Assembly: GCF_001194135.2 (NCBI RefSeq)
Contig: NC_068982.1
Span: 68,329,300-68,393,299, forward strand
Reading direction: 5' to 3'
From: Octopus bimaculoides
Taxonomy: Eukaryota
DNA length: 64,000 nucleotides
The position numbers were made by a program, and so were the translations under genes. Under the pieces are notes generated by a model. The model was not told the DNA's origin. It searched no databases and saw only the letters and a program-made list of their open reading frames with translations. Below are positions 63,813 to 64,000 of this stretch, piece by piece (position 1 is the stretch's first letter; each line of letters opens with the position of its first letter).

Positions 63813-64000
63813 TACAGGGTGCTCAGGCTAAACTTGACAGTTTGCCTAAAAGAAAAAGAACACCCCATCCAAAAATAAAAGTATTTAAAAATTTTTTTTA
63901 TAAATATCAACTAGATTATGGCTGGGAGATATCTGTTTACTCAAAGTAGCTGCCCCCAGCTTGCACCACAGCTTTAAGATGGCTCCAGAACCTGGCACAT
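63813..64000 (-). mobile_element. 3' end of a maT/Tc1-type transposon, continuing beyond the window
   Basis: TA-CAGGGTG TIR at 63813; minus-strand C-terminus CARFWSHLKAVVQAGGSYFE* (stop at 63937-63939). Confidence 0.75.

Overview
AT-rich, repeat-dense animal genomic DNA from a gapped short-read scaffold (5 N-gaps). The repeat families look like those of an octopus; this is inferred from recognising the repeats, not from a search. One complete protein-coding ORF is present: a 293-aa TMEM45/DUF716 protein (54442-55323, +) whose CDS has no intron and is preceded by a splice acceptor. Isolated + strand exon candidates (70 nt, a 27-nt microexon, 37 nt) suggest a larger unrecognised host gene. Most of the rest is tRNA-derived SINEs, RTE-clade LINE fragments, Tc1/mariner and maT remnants, MITEs and microsatellites. 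Almost all other entries in the ORF track are artefacts of repeats or gaps. The most notable observations are: (1) a TSD-flanked Penelope-like insertion whose pseudo-LTR carries a tRNA-like Pol III A/B-box head upstream of a minimal hammerhead ribozyme; (2) a second hammerhead family arranged as a fold-back; (3) a PHD-type zinc finger inserted inside an RTE reverse transcriptase; (4) a decayed intron-containing tRNA-Lys(TTT); (5) a candidate Srrm3/4-type microexon.
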